64,000 nucleotides of DNA from an uncultured Eubacteriales bacterium. GTDB lineage: Bacteria > Bacillota > Clostridia > Oscillospirales > Oscillospiraceae. Below, piece by piece: positions 55,347 through 63,921 of the stretch. The position numbers were made by a program, and so were the translations under genes. Position 1 is the first letter of the stretch. Each line of letters begins with the position of its first letter. The stretch covers positions 44,827-108,826 of the forward strand of contig CASDSM010000012.1 in NCBI GenBank assembly GCA_949283375.1. The letters are read 5' to 3'. The notes under the pieces are model-generated. The model ran no database searches, had not been told where the DNA came from, and worked only from the letters and a program-made list of their open reading frames with translations.

Positions 55347-55380
55347 AATGCCCCCGGCTGCAAACGCAGCCGGGGGCATT
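55347..55380 (+). terminator. Hairpin after xerD
   Basis: perfect 15-bp stem AATGCCCCCGGCTGC/GCAGCCGGGGGCATT. Confidence 0.7.
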
Positions 55381-55608
55381 TGAGGCTGTCAAAAAGTGTT
55401 TTTGACAGCCTTTCGAGCAAATGCAAGCATTTGCTCGAGTTTGCATTCCTCCCACGCGCACGGATTTTTGTTCCAAAAATCCGCACACTCGTCGGACTAT
55501 CGGTATTTTTGGCACGGTACATGCCCGTGCCAAAAATAAATTGTACTTTATTTGGCCCTGTGGGCCAAACTCGGTGAGACCTTTTTTGACATTCTGCAAT
55601 GCCCCCGG
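55370..55608. mobile_element. Candidate MITE/REPIN-like non-autonomous element with internal hairpins
   Basis: imperfect 27-bp terminal inverted repeats and five internal perfect stems; no ORF. Confidence 0.45.
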
Positions 55609-55660
55609 TCACCGGGAGAGCGGCGCTCCCCTCGGGGACCGGGCGTATGGAGATGTGCGG

Positions 55661-58600
55661 TCAGGCCTTCTCCAGGTAGGCGGAGGAGAGATAGTAGTAG
55701 CTGCCGTTGATGTAAGCGCGATACCAGACCCGGTCGTCGGCGCTGACGGAAACGCCGCTGACGACCTGCACCACGGTGCCGGCAGACAGGACCCCTGCGA
55801 TGTCGTAGCTGAAGCCGGGCCCGGTGCGGTAATACAGGTTGCCGGTGGTCACATAGGAGACGAGTTCGCTGCTGGCAGAGAATGTGGCAGAGACACCGCT
55901 CGTATTGTAGTAGGAGAGGCCGGACGCGGCGTAGGCGCGCACGGTGTAGGTGTACTTCGTCCCCGCAGTCACGGAGGAGTCGGTATAAGAAGTGGAGGAG
56001 ACGGTGGCGATCCGCACCCAGCCGGAGCCTGCTGTCTTGCGGTAGATACGGTAGCTTTCCGCGCCGGACACCTGGCCCCAGCGCACGGTGATACCGGAGG
56101 AGGCGCTGGATGCGGACTGGAGCGCCGGTGTGGAGAGGAAGCGAATTTTGGCGCCGGTGGTGTCATACCCGCTCAGAACAGAACCCTGCACGGCGCGGAC
56201 GGTGTAATAGTATGTGGTCCCGGAAGATACGTTGGTGTCAGTAAAGGAGAGGGCGGGGCCGCTCCCAATGCGCACCCAGCCGGAGTTGGCGGTCTTGCGG
56301 TAGACGCGATAGCTTTCTGCACCGGGGACTGCCGACCAGCGGACCTGGATGCCGCGGGAGACGGTGCTGGCCGAGACGGAGGGGGTGGAAAGCGGAAAAG
56401 CCTCGGCGGCAGTTGCGGACACTCCGGTCGTATTGTAGTAGGAGAGGCTGGACGCGGCGGAGGCGCGCACGGTGTAGGTGTACTTTGTCCCCGTTGTCAG
56501 GCCGGAGGAATCGGTATAAGAGGTGGAGGAGACAGTGGCGATCCGCACCCAGCCGGAGCCTGCCGTCTTGCGGTAGACGAGATAACTGTTTGCTCCGGAC
56601 ACCTGGTCCCAACGCACGGTGATGCCGGAGGAGCTGTTGGACGCAGAGCGGAGCACCGGCGTGGAGAGGAAAAGAACTTTGGCGCCGGTGGTGTCATACC
56701 CGCTCAGGACAGAGCCCTTCACGGCGCGGACGGTATAATAGTAGGTGGTCCCGGAGGATGCGGTGGCGTCGGTAAAGGAGAGGGCGGGGCCGCTCCCGAT
56801 GCACACCCAGCCGGAGCTGGCAGTTCTGCGGTAGACGCGATAGCTGTCCGCGCCGGAAACCGCCGACCAGCGGACCTGGATGCCGCGGGAGACGGTGCTG
56901 GCCGAGACGGTGGGCGTGGCGAGCGCGGAATTTGCCGTCGCGGACACTCCGGTCGTATTGTAGGAAGAGAGAACAGACGCGGCGGAGGCGCGCACGGTAT
57001 AGGTGTACTTCGTCCCCTCGGTCACGGAGGAGTCGGTATAAGAGGTAGAGGAGACGGTGGCGATCCGCACCCAGTCAGAGCCTGCCGTCTTGCGATAGAC
57101 AAGATAGCTTTCTGCGCCGGACACCTGGCCCCAGCGCACGGTGATGCCGGAGGAGGCGCCGGATGCGGACTGGAGCACCGGCATGGAGAGGAAAAAGGCA
57201 GAGGCGCCGGTGGTGTCATACCCGCTCAGAACAGAACCCTGCACGGCGCGGACGGTATAATAGTAGGTGGTCCCGGAGGATGCGGTGGCGTCGGTAAAGG
57301 AGAGGGCGGGGCCGCTCCCGATGCGCACCCAAGAGGAGCTGGCGGTCCTGCGGTAGACACGGTAGCTGTCCGCACCGGAAACCGCCGACCAGCGGACCTG
57401 GATGCCGTTGGAGACGGCACTGGCCGAGACGGTGGGCGTGGAAAGCCCGGAGCCGGACACGGTCAGCCCGATGGCATCAAAGCTGCCACCGCCGCTGATG
57501 GCGTAAATCGTGCAGCTGCCGTTGGCGACGGCGGTGATCGTCCCGCTGTCGGACACGGTGGCGACGTCCGGGTTGCTCGTCTCGTAGTAAATGGTGCCCA
57601 CACTGCCGGAGGTGGACAGGATGGAGGAGAGACTCTGCGTGGCGCCGGCGCGGAGGGTATAGACAGAGGAGGGCGTCACATTCTGCTCCTGGATATAGCC
57701 GGTGTACGTCTTGCCGGAGACAGTCACCTGCACCTGATACCAGTACGGGTAGTAGAGGCGGTTGATATAGCTGGTCGCGCTGGTGACGGAGCCGCCCAGG
57801 ATGGTCACACTGGAGCCGGAGGACACGGTGGCCAGACTGCCGCCCGAGGTGGAGGGGGAGGCATAGAGCTTGCTGCTCCTGGAGACGGTGCCGCGCGTGG
57901 TGGAGGTCAGGCTGACTGTGGAGGTCTGCGACGGAATGTTGTCGTAGACGGGGATGTAGAAGAGGAAGGGATTCTCCAGCGCGCCCGCATCCTCATAGCC
58001 GTTGCGGGTATTGATCGCCTCGGAGGCCACGGCATAGGTGGCGGACATGTACTGATGGCTGAAGGTGGAATAGGTGGCGTCCGGGCTGACGTTAAAGCGC
58101 ATGTAGTACGCAGTGTTCTGCCCCTTGTTGATATAGCTGTCGCCCAGGAACTGCGCTCCGCCCACAATGGCCAGAACGGGGTTGCTCCAGTTGTGGTTCT
58201 TGGCGTAGGTGAGGCCTTTGTAGACGGCTCCGCCGGAGGCGGAAGCGGTGGCCCCGATGTTAAAGAAATTATAGTAGCCGACATAGCCGGAGACGTTTCC
58301 GCGGATGGCGGTATAGCTGGTATCTCCGCCGGTCTCCTGGATGATCTTACTGGCCAGGAAGTAGGGGCTGACGCCGGTGGCGAGACCTGCGTTGTAGATA
58401 ATAGTGGCATAGTCCGAGCCGTAAATGCTGTTCATGCTCTCCAGAGTGACCGTCTTGCCGGAGGTGTTGATATAGGTGGTGGCGGTGGCCAGATCGGTCC
58501 CGGACAGAATGGCCCGCACGCCCTCGACGGTCTGCACGGAACTGTAGGACTGGTCCTCGAACTGGAAGATGTACTGGTCAATCAGGAAGTTGCGCGGGTC

Positions 58601-59530
58601 CATGTAGTAGGCCACCATCGCCCGGCTGGAGCTGACATGGGTGCCGTCGATCGGCCGGTAATGGTTGGTGCCGGAGTAGGAGGAGGAGCTGTAGTAGCCG
58701 CTGTGATTGTTCATCAGCAGGCCGCTGGTCGCTCCGTTGAGGTTGTAATCCACTGTGCTGCGCGTGCCGGTCTCCCCATTGATCGCCTCGTCCCAGGTCA
58801 GGCCGGTATCCACGGCGACAAAGATCCAGTCGGGGTGCGCCTCGTGCAGTTCCTGCAGATAGCTCTGATAGCTCGAGGGGAATTTGGCCAGCTCGGTGGC
58901 GTAGCTGTAATTGGCCCCGGAGCGCTGGCGGAGCTTTGCGCGCAGCAGTTGCTCGACTTCTTCCATCTGCGCCTGCTCGGCGAGCTCCGCTTCGGTCAGC
59001 TCCTCCTCGGTCTCCCCGGAGGCCTCTGCACCATCTTCCGTTCCGTCGGTGGCCGCATCTTCCCCGGAGGGCCGTTCACTGTCGGAGTTGCTGTCGTCTC
59101 CGGAGGGCTGTGCGCTGTCGGAGTTGCTGCCGTCCCCGGCGGTATCGCCGGGCGCCTCTTCCGGAAGAGAAGTGTCCTCTGCCTCGCTGCCGGTCTCGGG
59201 CGGAACGCTGTCCTCCGAGCCGTCCTCTGACGGGGCAGACGGATCCTCCTCCGTCTGTTGCGCATCAGAGTCCGCCGTCCCGTCAGAGCCGGACGCCTCG
59301 GGGGCGGGTTCCTCTGCTGCGGGTGACTCAGAGTCGGAGGAAGCGGGATCTTCGCCGGAGGTGGGGGTTTCGTCCCCAGCGGGAGAGGTTGCATCTTCCC
59401 CGGCCTCCGCGGAGGACGCCGTCTCTGCCGGGACCTCTGCGGCATAGGCCAGGCTGGTCCCCAGCTCCGAGACCAGCAGAGCGGTCAGCAGGAGCAGAGA
59501 GAGGACACGAGTCAGGAAGCGGTGGTACAT
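55661..59530 (-). CDS. Large secreted peptidoglycan hydrolase: acidic linker, glucosaminidase (GH73-like) domain, SH3b, Ig-like, six FN3-like repeats, SH3b
   Basis: signal peptide; FP.SY...L..L...HP.W.F, YYMDPRNF, FQFE, SP.FLAS.I.QE.G, YN.FNIGA, GQNT.Y..RFN, HQYM; NLYYRTGPG. Confidence 0.85.
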   Translation of the reverse strand: MYHRFLTRVLSLLLLTALLVSELGTSLAYAAEVPAETASSAEAGEDATSPAGDETPTSGEDPASSDSESPAAEEPAPEASGSDGTADSDAQQTEEDPSAPSEDGSEDSVPPETGSEAEDTSLPEEAPGDTAGDGSNSDSAQPSGDDSNSDSERPSGEDAATDGTEDGAEASGETEEELTEAELAEQAQMEEVEQLLRAKLRQRSGANYSYATELAKFPSSYQSYLQELHEAHPDWIFVAVDTGLTWDEAINGETGTRSTVDYNLNGATSGLLMNNHSGYYSSSSYSGTNHYRPIDGTHVSSSRAMVAYYMDPRNFLIDQYIFQFEDQSYSSVQTVEGVRAILSGTDLATATTYINTSGKTVTLESMNSIYGSDYATIIYNAGLATGVSPYFLASKIIQETGGDTSYTAIRGNVSGYVGYYNFFNIGATASASGGAVYKGLTYAKNHNWSNPVLAIVGGAQFLGDSYINKGQNTAYYMRFNVSPDATYSTFSHQYMSATYAVASEAINTRNGYEDAGALENPFLFYIPVYDNIPSQTSTVSLTSTTRGTVSRSSKLYASPSTSGGSLATVSSGSSVTILGGSVTSATSYINRLYYPYWYQVQVTVSGKTYTGYIQEQNVTPSSVYTLRAGATQSLSSILSTSGSVGTIYYETSNPDVATVSDSGTITAVANGSCTIYAISGGGSFDAIGLTVSGSGLSTPTVSASAVSNGIQVRWSAVSGADSYRVYRRTASSSWVRIGSGPALSFTDATASSGTTYYYTVRAVQGSVLSGYDTTGASAFFLSMPVLQSASGASSGITVRWGQVSGAESYLVYRKTAGSDWVRIATVSSTSYTDSSVTEGTKYTYTVRASAASVLSSYNTTGVSATANSALATPTVSASTVSRGIQVRWSAVSGADSYRVYRRTASSGWVCIGSGPALSFTDATASSGTTYYYTVRAVKGSVLSGYDTTGAKVLFLSTPVLRSASNSSSGITVRWDQVSGANSYLVYRKTAGSGWVRIATVSSTSYTDSSGLTTGTKYTYTVRASAASSLSYYNTTGVSATAAEAFPLSTPSVSASTVSRGIQVRWSAVPGAESYRVYRKTANSGWVRIGSGPALSFTDTNVSSGTTYYYTVRAVQGSVLSGYDTTGAKIRFLSTPALQSASSASSGITVRWGQVSGAESYRIYRKTAGSGWVRIATVSSTSYTDSSVTAGTKYTYTVRAYAASGLSYYNTSGVSATFSASSELVSYVTTGNLYYRTGPGFSYDIAGVLSAGTVVQVVSGVSVSADDRVWYRAYINGSYYYLSSAYLEKA
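55870..57445 (-). repeat. Three tandem ~525-bp intragenic repeats, each encoding two FN3-like domains
   Basis: unit starts (GAGAC anchors) at 57426, 56904 and 56373, spaced 522 and 531 bp, with near-identical DNA. Confidence 0.9.
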
Positions 59531-59629
59531 GTGCTTTCATCCTTTCTGATCTCTGATCGGAATGCGGACGCGGCCGGAAATGACGGCGGCACGCGTAACT
59601 TTTTGTTTCCGGAATGTCATCTATCTGTT

Positions 59630-59658
59630 ATTATAAGGGAGAAAGAGCGGAAAGGCAA
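59630..59658 (-). promoter_or_regulatory. sigmaA promoter of the hydrolase
   Basis: minus strand TTGCCT-17 nt-TATAAT. Confidence 0.7.
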
Positions 59659-59908
59659 CCACTATATGCGGGAAAAACGTAAAAATACCGTCCTCTGTGG
59701 CATGTTTTGCGTCGGAAAGAGGAGATGGAGGAGGGGAAAACGGTCGGAGGAATCGATGTAAGGCGAAAGTGCTTTTCAACCGAAAAGGAGTGCATGACAA
59801 AGAGTGCCTGCCTGAGAGAGGATGAAGTATTGGTAAGTAAATAAACTTTACAGATAGAACGGTCTGCCCACCGGGGCAGTGAACGGGGAAAATTCTCAAA
59901 AGAACCGC

Positions 59909-59937
59909 TTGACTTTGCCCGAGGAACCCGCTATACT
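59909..59937 (+). promoter_or_regulatory. sigmaA promoter of tRNA-Pro
   Basis: TTGACT-17 nt-TATACT. Confidence 0.85.
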
Positions 59938-59950
59938 ATAAAAGCTGCGA

Positions 59951-60024
59951 CGGGGTGTGGCGAAGCTTGGTATCGCGCTTGGTTCGGGTCCAAGAGGCCG
60001 CCGGTTCGAATCCGGCCACTCCGA
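59951..60024 (+). tRNA. tRNA-Pro(CGG), CCA not encoded
   Basis: acceptor CGGGGTG/CACTCCG, anticodon arm CTTGG-TTCGGGT-CCAAG, T-loop GGTTCGAATCC. Confidence 0.96.
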
Positions 60025-60034
60025 TTTTACAGTG

Positions 60035-60081
60035 AGCGTCTTCGATGCGATGTTAGGATTGCCGTCGAAGACGCTGTTTTT
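60035..60081 (+). terminator. Terminator after tRNA-Pro
   Basis: AGCGTCTTCGA...TCGAAGACGCT followed by GTTTTT. Confidence 0.8.
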
Positions 60082-60134
60082 CTATACCGGCGCGCCGTCC
60101 TGCGGCGATGCCAGCGAAGAAAGGGGAACGAGCG

Positions 60135-62006
60135 ATGCAGCCGTCCAGGACACTTGAGAGAATGCTGCTGCGCGTCCAGAAGCCGGCCCGCTATGTCGGT
60201 GGGGAGTACCGCAGCGTGATGAAAGACCGGGCGAAGGTGGACCTCCGCTTTGCCTTCTGCTTTCCGGACACCTATGAGATCGGCATGTCCAACCTCGGGA
60301 TGCGCATCTTGTACGGTGTGATGAACGAGATGGAGGGGGTCTGGTGCGAGCGTTGCTTTGCCCCCTGGGGCGACATGGAGGAGGAGATGCGCCGCGCCGG
60401 CCTGCCGCTCTACGCCCTGGAGAGCGGCGACCCCATCCGCGACTTCGACTTTGTCGGTTTCTCCCTCGGCTATGAGATGGCCTATACCAACGTGCTCAAC
60501 ATGCTCGACTTGGCCGGCATCCCCCTGCACACCTGGGAGCGGGGAGATGGCGACCCCATCGTGATCGCCGGAGGCACCTGCGCCTACCACTGTGAGCCGC
60601 TGGCCGACTTTATCGACCTCTTCTCCCTCGGAGAGGGGGAGGACGTTACCCGGGAAATGCTGGAACTCTACCGGCGTGGAAAGCGCGAGGGTTGGACCCG
60701 GCGGGAGTATCTGCGCCGCGCGGCCCAGATGCCCGGTCTATACGTCCCCTCCTTATATGATGTGCGCTACCGCGAGGACGGGACCATCGCCTCGATCACG
60801 CCGCGCGACGGGGCCCCGGCAGTGGTGACCAAGCGGATTGTCCAGGACCTCGACCGGTCCTATTACCCGGTACAGACCATCGTTCCCTCCACTGAGATCG
60901 TCCATGACCGCGTCATGCTGGAGGTCTTTCGCGGCTGTATCCGCGGCTGCCGCTTCTGCCAGGCGGGCTTTTGCTACCGGCCGGTCCGGCCGAAGAGCCC
61001 GCAAAAGCTGATCGAGCAGGGGATCGCTGCCTGCCGGGACTCCGGCTATCAGGAGATGACCCTCTCCAGCCTCTCCACCAGCGACTACCGCGGCTTGGAG
61101 GAGCTGTGCGACGGCCTGCTGGACTACTGCGAGAGCCGGAACATCAACCTCTCCGTCCCGTCGCTGCGCGCAGACAATTTCTCCACCGCCCTCCAGCAGC
61201 GGCTGCAAAAGGCGCGCAAGAGCTCGTTCACCTTTGCCCCCGAGGCGGGCACGCAGCGCCTGCGCGACGCAATCAACAAGAACGTCACGGAGGAGGACCT
61301 GCTGCGCTCCTGCCGCACCCTCTTTGAGGGCGGCGGCAACGCCGTCAAGCTCTATTTCATGCTCGGCCTGCCCACCGAGACGGACGAGGACGTGCTGGGC
61401 ATCGCGGACCTCGCGCAGAAGGTCTATCTGACTTGGAAGCAGTACGCCTCCAACCGGGCGCGCGGGGTGCGCATCACCGTCTCTACCTCATTCTTTGTGC
61501 CAAAACCCTTTACCCCCTTCCAGTGGGAGGGGCAGATCTCCATGGAGGAGTACCGGAGAAGGGTAAATCTCCTGCGCTCGAGCATCCGCAACAAGGCGAT
61601 CATCTATAACTGGCATGACCCGGACACCAGCTATGTCGAGGCGGTCCTCGCCCGTGGCGACCGGCGCATGGGCCGCGCGATCGAGGAGGTCTGGCGCCGC
61701 GGCGGACGGCTGGACGCCTGGAGCGAGTATTTCCAGTTTGACCGCTGGATGGAGGGCTTCCGCGCGGCGGGGCTGGACCCGGACTTTTACGCCCTGCGTG
61801 AGCGCCGGCGGGAGGAGATCCTGCCCTGGTCCATGGTCTCGGTGGGCGTCCGGCCGGAATACCTCTGGCGGGAGCGGGAGCAGGCCTACCGCGCGGCCAT
61901 CACCCCGGACTGCCGCCACCGCTGCATGGGCTGCGGGGCGGACCGGCTGCTCTGCTCGGGCAAGTGCGACGCCGTGCTCCCGCCGTCTGCGGAAAAGGAG
62001 GATTGA
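60135..62006 (+). CDS. TIGR03960-type B12-binding radical SAM protein
   Basis: V.KPARY.GGE, FPD.YE.GMSNLG, E.FRGCIRGCRFCQAG, SLSTSDY, APEAG.QRLR..INK, LYFM.GLP.ET.ED. Confidence 0.9.
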   Translation: MQPSRTLERMLLRVQKPARYVGGEYRSVMKDRAKVDLRFAFCFPDTYEIGMSNLGMRILYGVMNEMEGVWCERCFAPWGDMEEEMRRAGLPLYALESGDPIRDFDFVGFSLGYEMAYTNVLNMLDLAGIPLHTWERGDGDPIVIAGGTCAYHCEPLADFIDLFSLGEGEDVTREMLELYRRGKREGWTRREYLRRAAQMPGLYVPSLYDVRYREDGTIASITPRDGAPAVVTKRIVQDLDRSYYPVQTIVPSTEIVHDRVMLEVFRGCIRGCRFCQAGFCYRPVRPKSPQKLIEQGIAACRDSGYQEMTLSSLSTSDYRGLEELCDGLLDYCESRNINLSVPSLRADNFSTALQQRLQKARKSSFTFAPEAGTQRLRDAINKNVTEEDLLRSCRTLFEGGGNAVKLYFMLGLPTETDEDVLGIADLAQKVYLTWKQYASNRARGVRITVSTSFFVPKPFTPFQWEGQISMEEYRRRVNLLRSSIRNKAIIYNWHDPDTSYVEAVLARGDRRMGRAIEEVWRRGGRLDAWSEYFQFDRWMEGFRAAGLDPDFYALRERRREEILPWSMVSVGVRPEYLWREREQAYRAAITPDCRHRCMGCGADRLLCSGKCDAVLPPSAEKED

Positions 62007-62012
62007 TGCGAC

Positions 62013-62693
62013 ATGGCGAAGATGCACAGCCACCGCCTGCGCTATGAAAAGAGCGGCCTTGCCGTCTACATCTCCCATCTGGACACGATGGCCTGCTTCC
62101 AGCGCGCCTTCCTCCGCGCCGGACTGGAGATCTGGCAGACGGAGGGCTTCAACCGCCACGCCTATGTCTCCATCGCCCTGCCGCTCCCGGTGGGCTTCTC
62201 CAGCGGGTGCGAGGTGATGGAGTTCGACCTCCAGACCGAGCTCCCGCTCGACGAGGTGCCCGCGCGGCTCAACGCCGTCCTGCCGGAGGGCATCCGGGTG
62301 GAGGCGTGCTATCCCGCTCGCGACCCCTTCGGCCTGCTCCGCCTGCTGGACTGGGAGATCCGCCTGGAATACGACAACGGTGTGCCGGACGGGGTGGAGG
62401 CCGCCTTCTCCGGGCTGCTCGGCCGGGACAGCCTGGTGGTGCAGAAGAAGTCGAAGAAGGCCAGACGCGGCTATACCGAGGTGGACCTCATCCCGCTGGT
62501 CCGCAGCTGGTCGCTCACGCGGGAGGGGGGAGAGGTCCTTCGGCTGGACTGCCGCCTCGCCGCGCAGAATCCCGGACTGAATCCCCAGCTCCTGCTCGAG
62601 GCGTTTGCCGCCCACGCCCCGGCTCTCGCGCCGGACTTTGTCCGTTGCCGCCGGGTGGAGGCGTGGCGGGAGGACGGGGAGCGCTTCCGCTGA
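62013..62693 (+). CDS. TIGR03936-type radical SAM-associated protein (DUF2344)
   Basis: R.RY.K.G...YISHLD, RA..RA, .EGFN.H, ALP.G..S..E, L...LP.G, KK.K. Confidence 0.88.
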   Translation: MAKMHSHRLRYEKSGLAVYISHLDTMACFQRAFLRAGLEIWQTEGFNRHAYVSIALPLPVGFSSGCEVMEFDLQTELPLDEVPARLNAVLPEGIRVEACYPARDPFGLLRLLDWEIRLEYDNGVPDGVEAAFSGLLGRDSLVVQKKSKKARRGYTEVDLIPLVRSWSLTREGGEVLRLDCRLAAQNPGLNPQLLLEAFAAHAPALAPDFVRCRRVEAWREDGERFR

Positions 62694-62721
62694 GCGTGCC
62701 GGATTCCGCCCGCTTCGGTCC

Positions 62722-62750
62722 TTGACAAGACTTGCAGCATTCGTTATAAT
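62722..62750 (+). promoter_or_regulatory. Perfect-consensus sigmaA promoter upstream of speD leader
   Basis: TTGACA-17 nt-TATAAT. Confidence 0.9.
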
Positions 62751-62756
62751 AAAATG

Positions 62757-63085
62757 GTCATGTGATATGATTGTTCAGAGTATCCATGCAAATATTTTCT
62801 CAGACTCCGGGCGGCCTGGCCGGGCGCGGGGTCAACTGCCGGGCGGCGGCACAAGCCGCCGTTATTGATTGAGTTAAAAGCTCAATTTTATAAGTTGGTT
62901 ACTTTATAACCATTGCGCCGCAGGGCGCATCAACTTGTAAAACGGTCAATAAGAGTAGTAAAAGTAAGTATTTGCTATATAGACTCTGACGATGTATCCG
63001 ATCTCATGGGGAAATCTCTTTCTTTCCCCGTGGGGGATTCTGCCTTTTTACGAGCGGTGCGCAGCGGGCGCGCCGCTCGTTTTTT
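62757..63085 (+). ncRNA. Unassigned structured leader/sRNA upstream of speD
   Basis: nested stems with G-U pairs (62862-62952), hairpin 63003-63034, terminator 63050-63085. Confidence 0.6.
63050..63085 (+). terminator. Intrinsic terminator ~60 nt upstream of speD
   Basis: ACGAGCGGTGCGC-AGCGG-GCGCGCCGCTCGT followed by TTTTT. Confidence 0.85.
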
Positions 63086-63143
63086 GTCGCCTGAGGGCCG
63101 GCCCGGCCCGGGCCGCGGAACAATAGGTAAAGGGGCTGTTCCC

Positions 63144-63905
63144 ATGGGAGAGAGATTGAAACTGTACGGCTTTAACAACCTGACCAAGGCGCTGAGCTTC
63201 AACATCTACGATGTCTGCTATGCCAAGACGCCGCGGGAGCAGCGGGAATATATCGCCTATATTGACGAGCAGTATAACTCCGAGCGCCTGACCAAGATCC
63301 TCACCACCCTGACGGACATGATCGGCGCCAAGGTGCTCAACATCGCCCGCCAGGACTACGAGCCGCAGGGGGCCTCGGTGGCCATCCTGATCGCGGAGGG
63401 CTCCATGAAGCCGGCGGGGGAGATCCAGCTCGGCCACCTCGACAAGAGCCACGTCACCGTCCACACCTATCCGGAGTACCATCCGGAGACCTTCCTGGCG
63501 ACCTTCCGGGTGGACATCGACGTGGCCACCTGCGGGGAGATCACGCCGCTGTCCACGCTGGACTACCTGATCCGCTCCTTTGACTCGGACATCATCACGA
63601 TGGACTACCGCATTCGTGGCTTCACCCGCGATGTGAACGGGAGAAAGCTCTTCTGCGACCACCGGGTGACCTCCATCCAGGACTACATTGACCCGAGTAT
63701 CCTCCAGCAGTATGACGCGGTGGATATCAACGTCTACGAGTCCAATCTGTTCCACACCAAGATGATGGTCAAGGAGATCGACCTGCAAAACTATCTGTTC
63801 AAGACGGACGTCTACGAGCTGCCGCCGAAGACCCGGCTGGAGATCATGAGCAATCTCCGCCGCGAGATGATCGAGATCTTCAGCGGGAAAAATATCTATT
63901 GCTGA
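63144..63905 (+). CDS. speD: S-adenosylmethionine decarboxylase proenzyme (E. coli-type class 1A)
   Basis: LKLYGFNNLTK.LSFNIYD.CY, YN..RLT.IL, A.QDYEPQGAS, HLDKSH.T.HTYPE, FR.DI.V.TCG.I.PL..L. Confidence 0.95.
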   Translation: MGERLKLYGFNNLTKALSFNIYDVCYAKTPREQREYIAYIDEQYNSERLTKILTTLTDMIGAKVLNIARQDYEPQGASVAILIAEGSMKPAGEIQLGHLDKSHVTVHTYPEYHPETFLATFRVDIDVATCGEITPLSTLDYLIRSFDSDIITMDYRIRGFTRDVNGRKLFCDHRVTSIQDYIDPSILQQYDAVDINVYESNLFHTKMMVKEIDLQNYLFKTDVYELPPKTRLEIMSNLRREMIEIFSGKNIYC

Positions 63906-63921
63906 TAAGAGGGAAGGACAA

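Noticed and set aside
53100-55379. 759-aa minus strand ORF, plus many other long antisense ORFs (e.g. 41975-44047, 44631-46817, 31364-33085, 33110-34933)
   Set aside because: They overlap well-supported genes on the other strand; stop-codon scarcity in GC-rich DNA explains their length.
55421-59230. 1269-aa + strand ORF opposite the hydrolase
   Set aside because: Shadow frame of a GC3-rich repetitive gene; no RBS or recognisable motifs.
59531-59630. c-di-AMP (ydaO) riboswitch upstream of the cell-wall hydrolase genes (also checked 22009-22097)
   Set aside because: Conserved GCTGAATCC/GGAGGAACC/CCCGTCAGCT cores were not found in either leader.
59951-60100. tRNA-Pro as an integration site
   Set aside because: No integrase, no duplicated tRNA 3' end, and a normal terminator and core genes follow.
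62768-62868. Arg-rich leader peptide MIVQSIHANIFSDSGRPGRARGQLPGGGTSRRY in the speD leader
   Set aside because: No RBS. Not supported as translated, though worth re-checking if the leader proves arginine-responsive.
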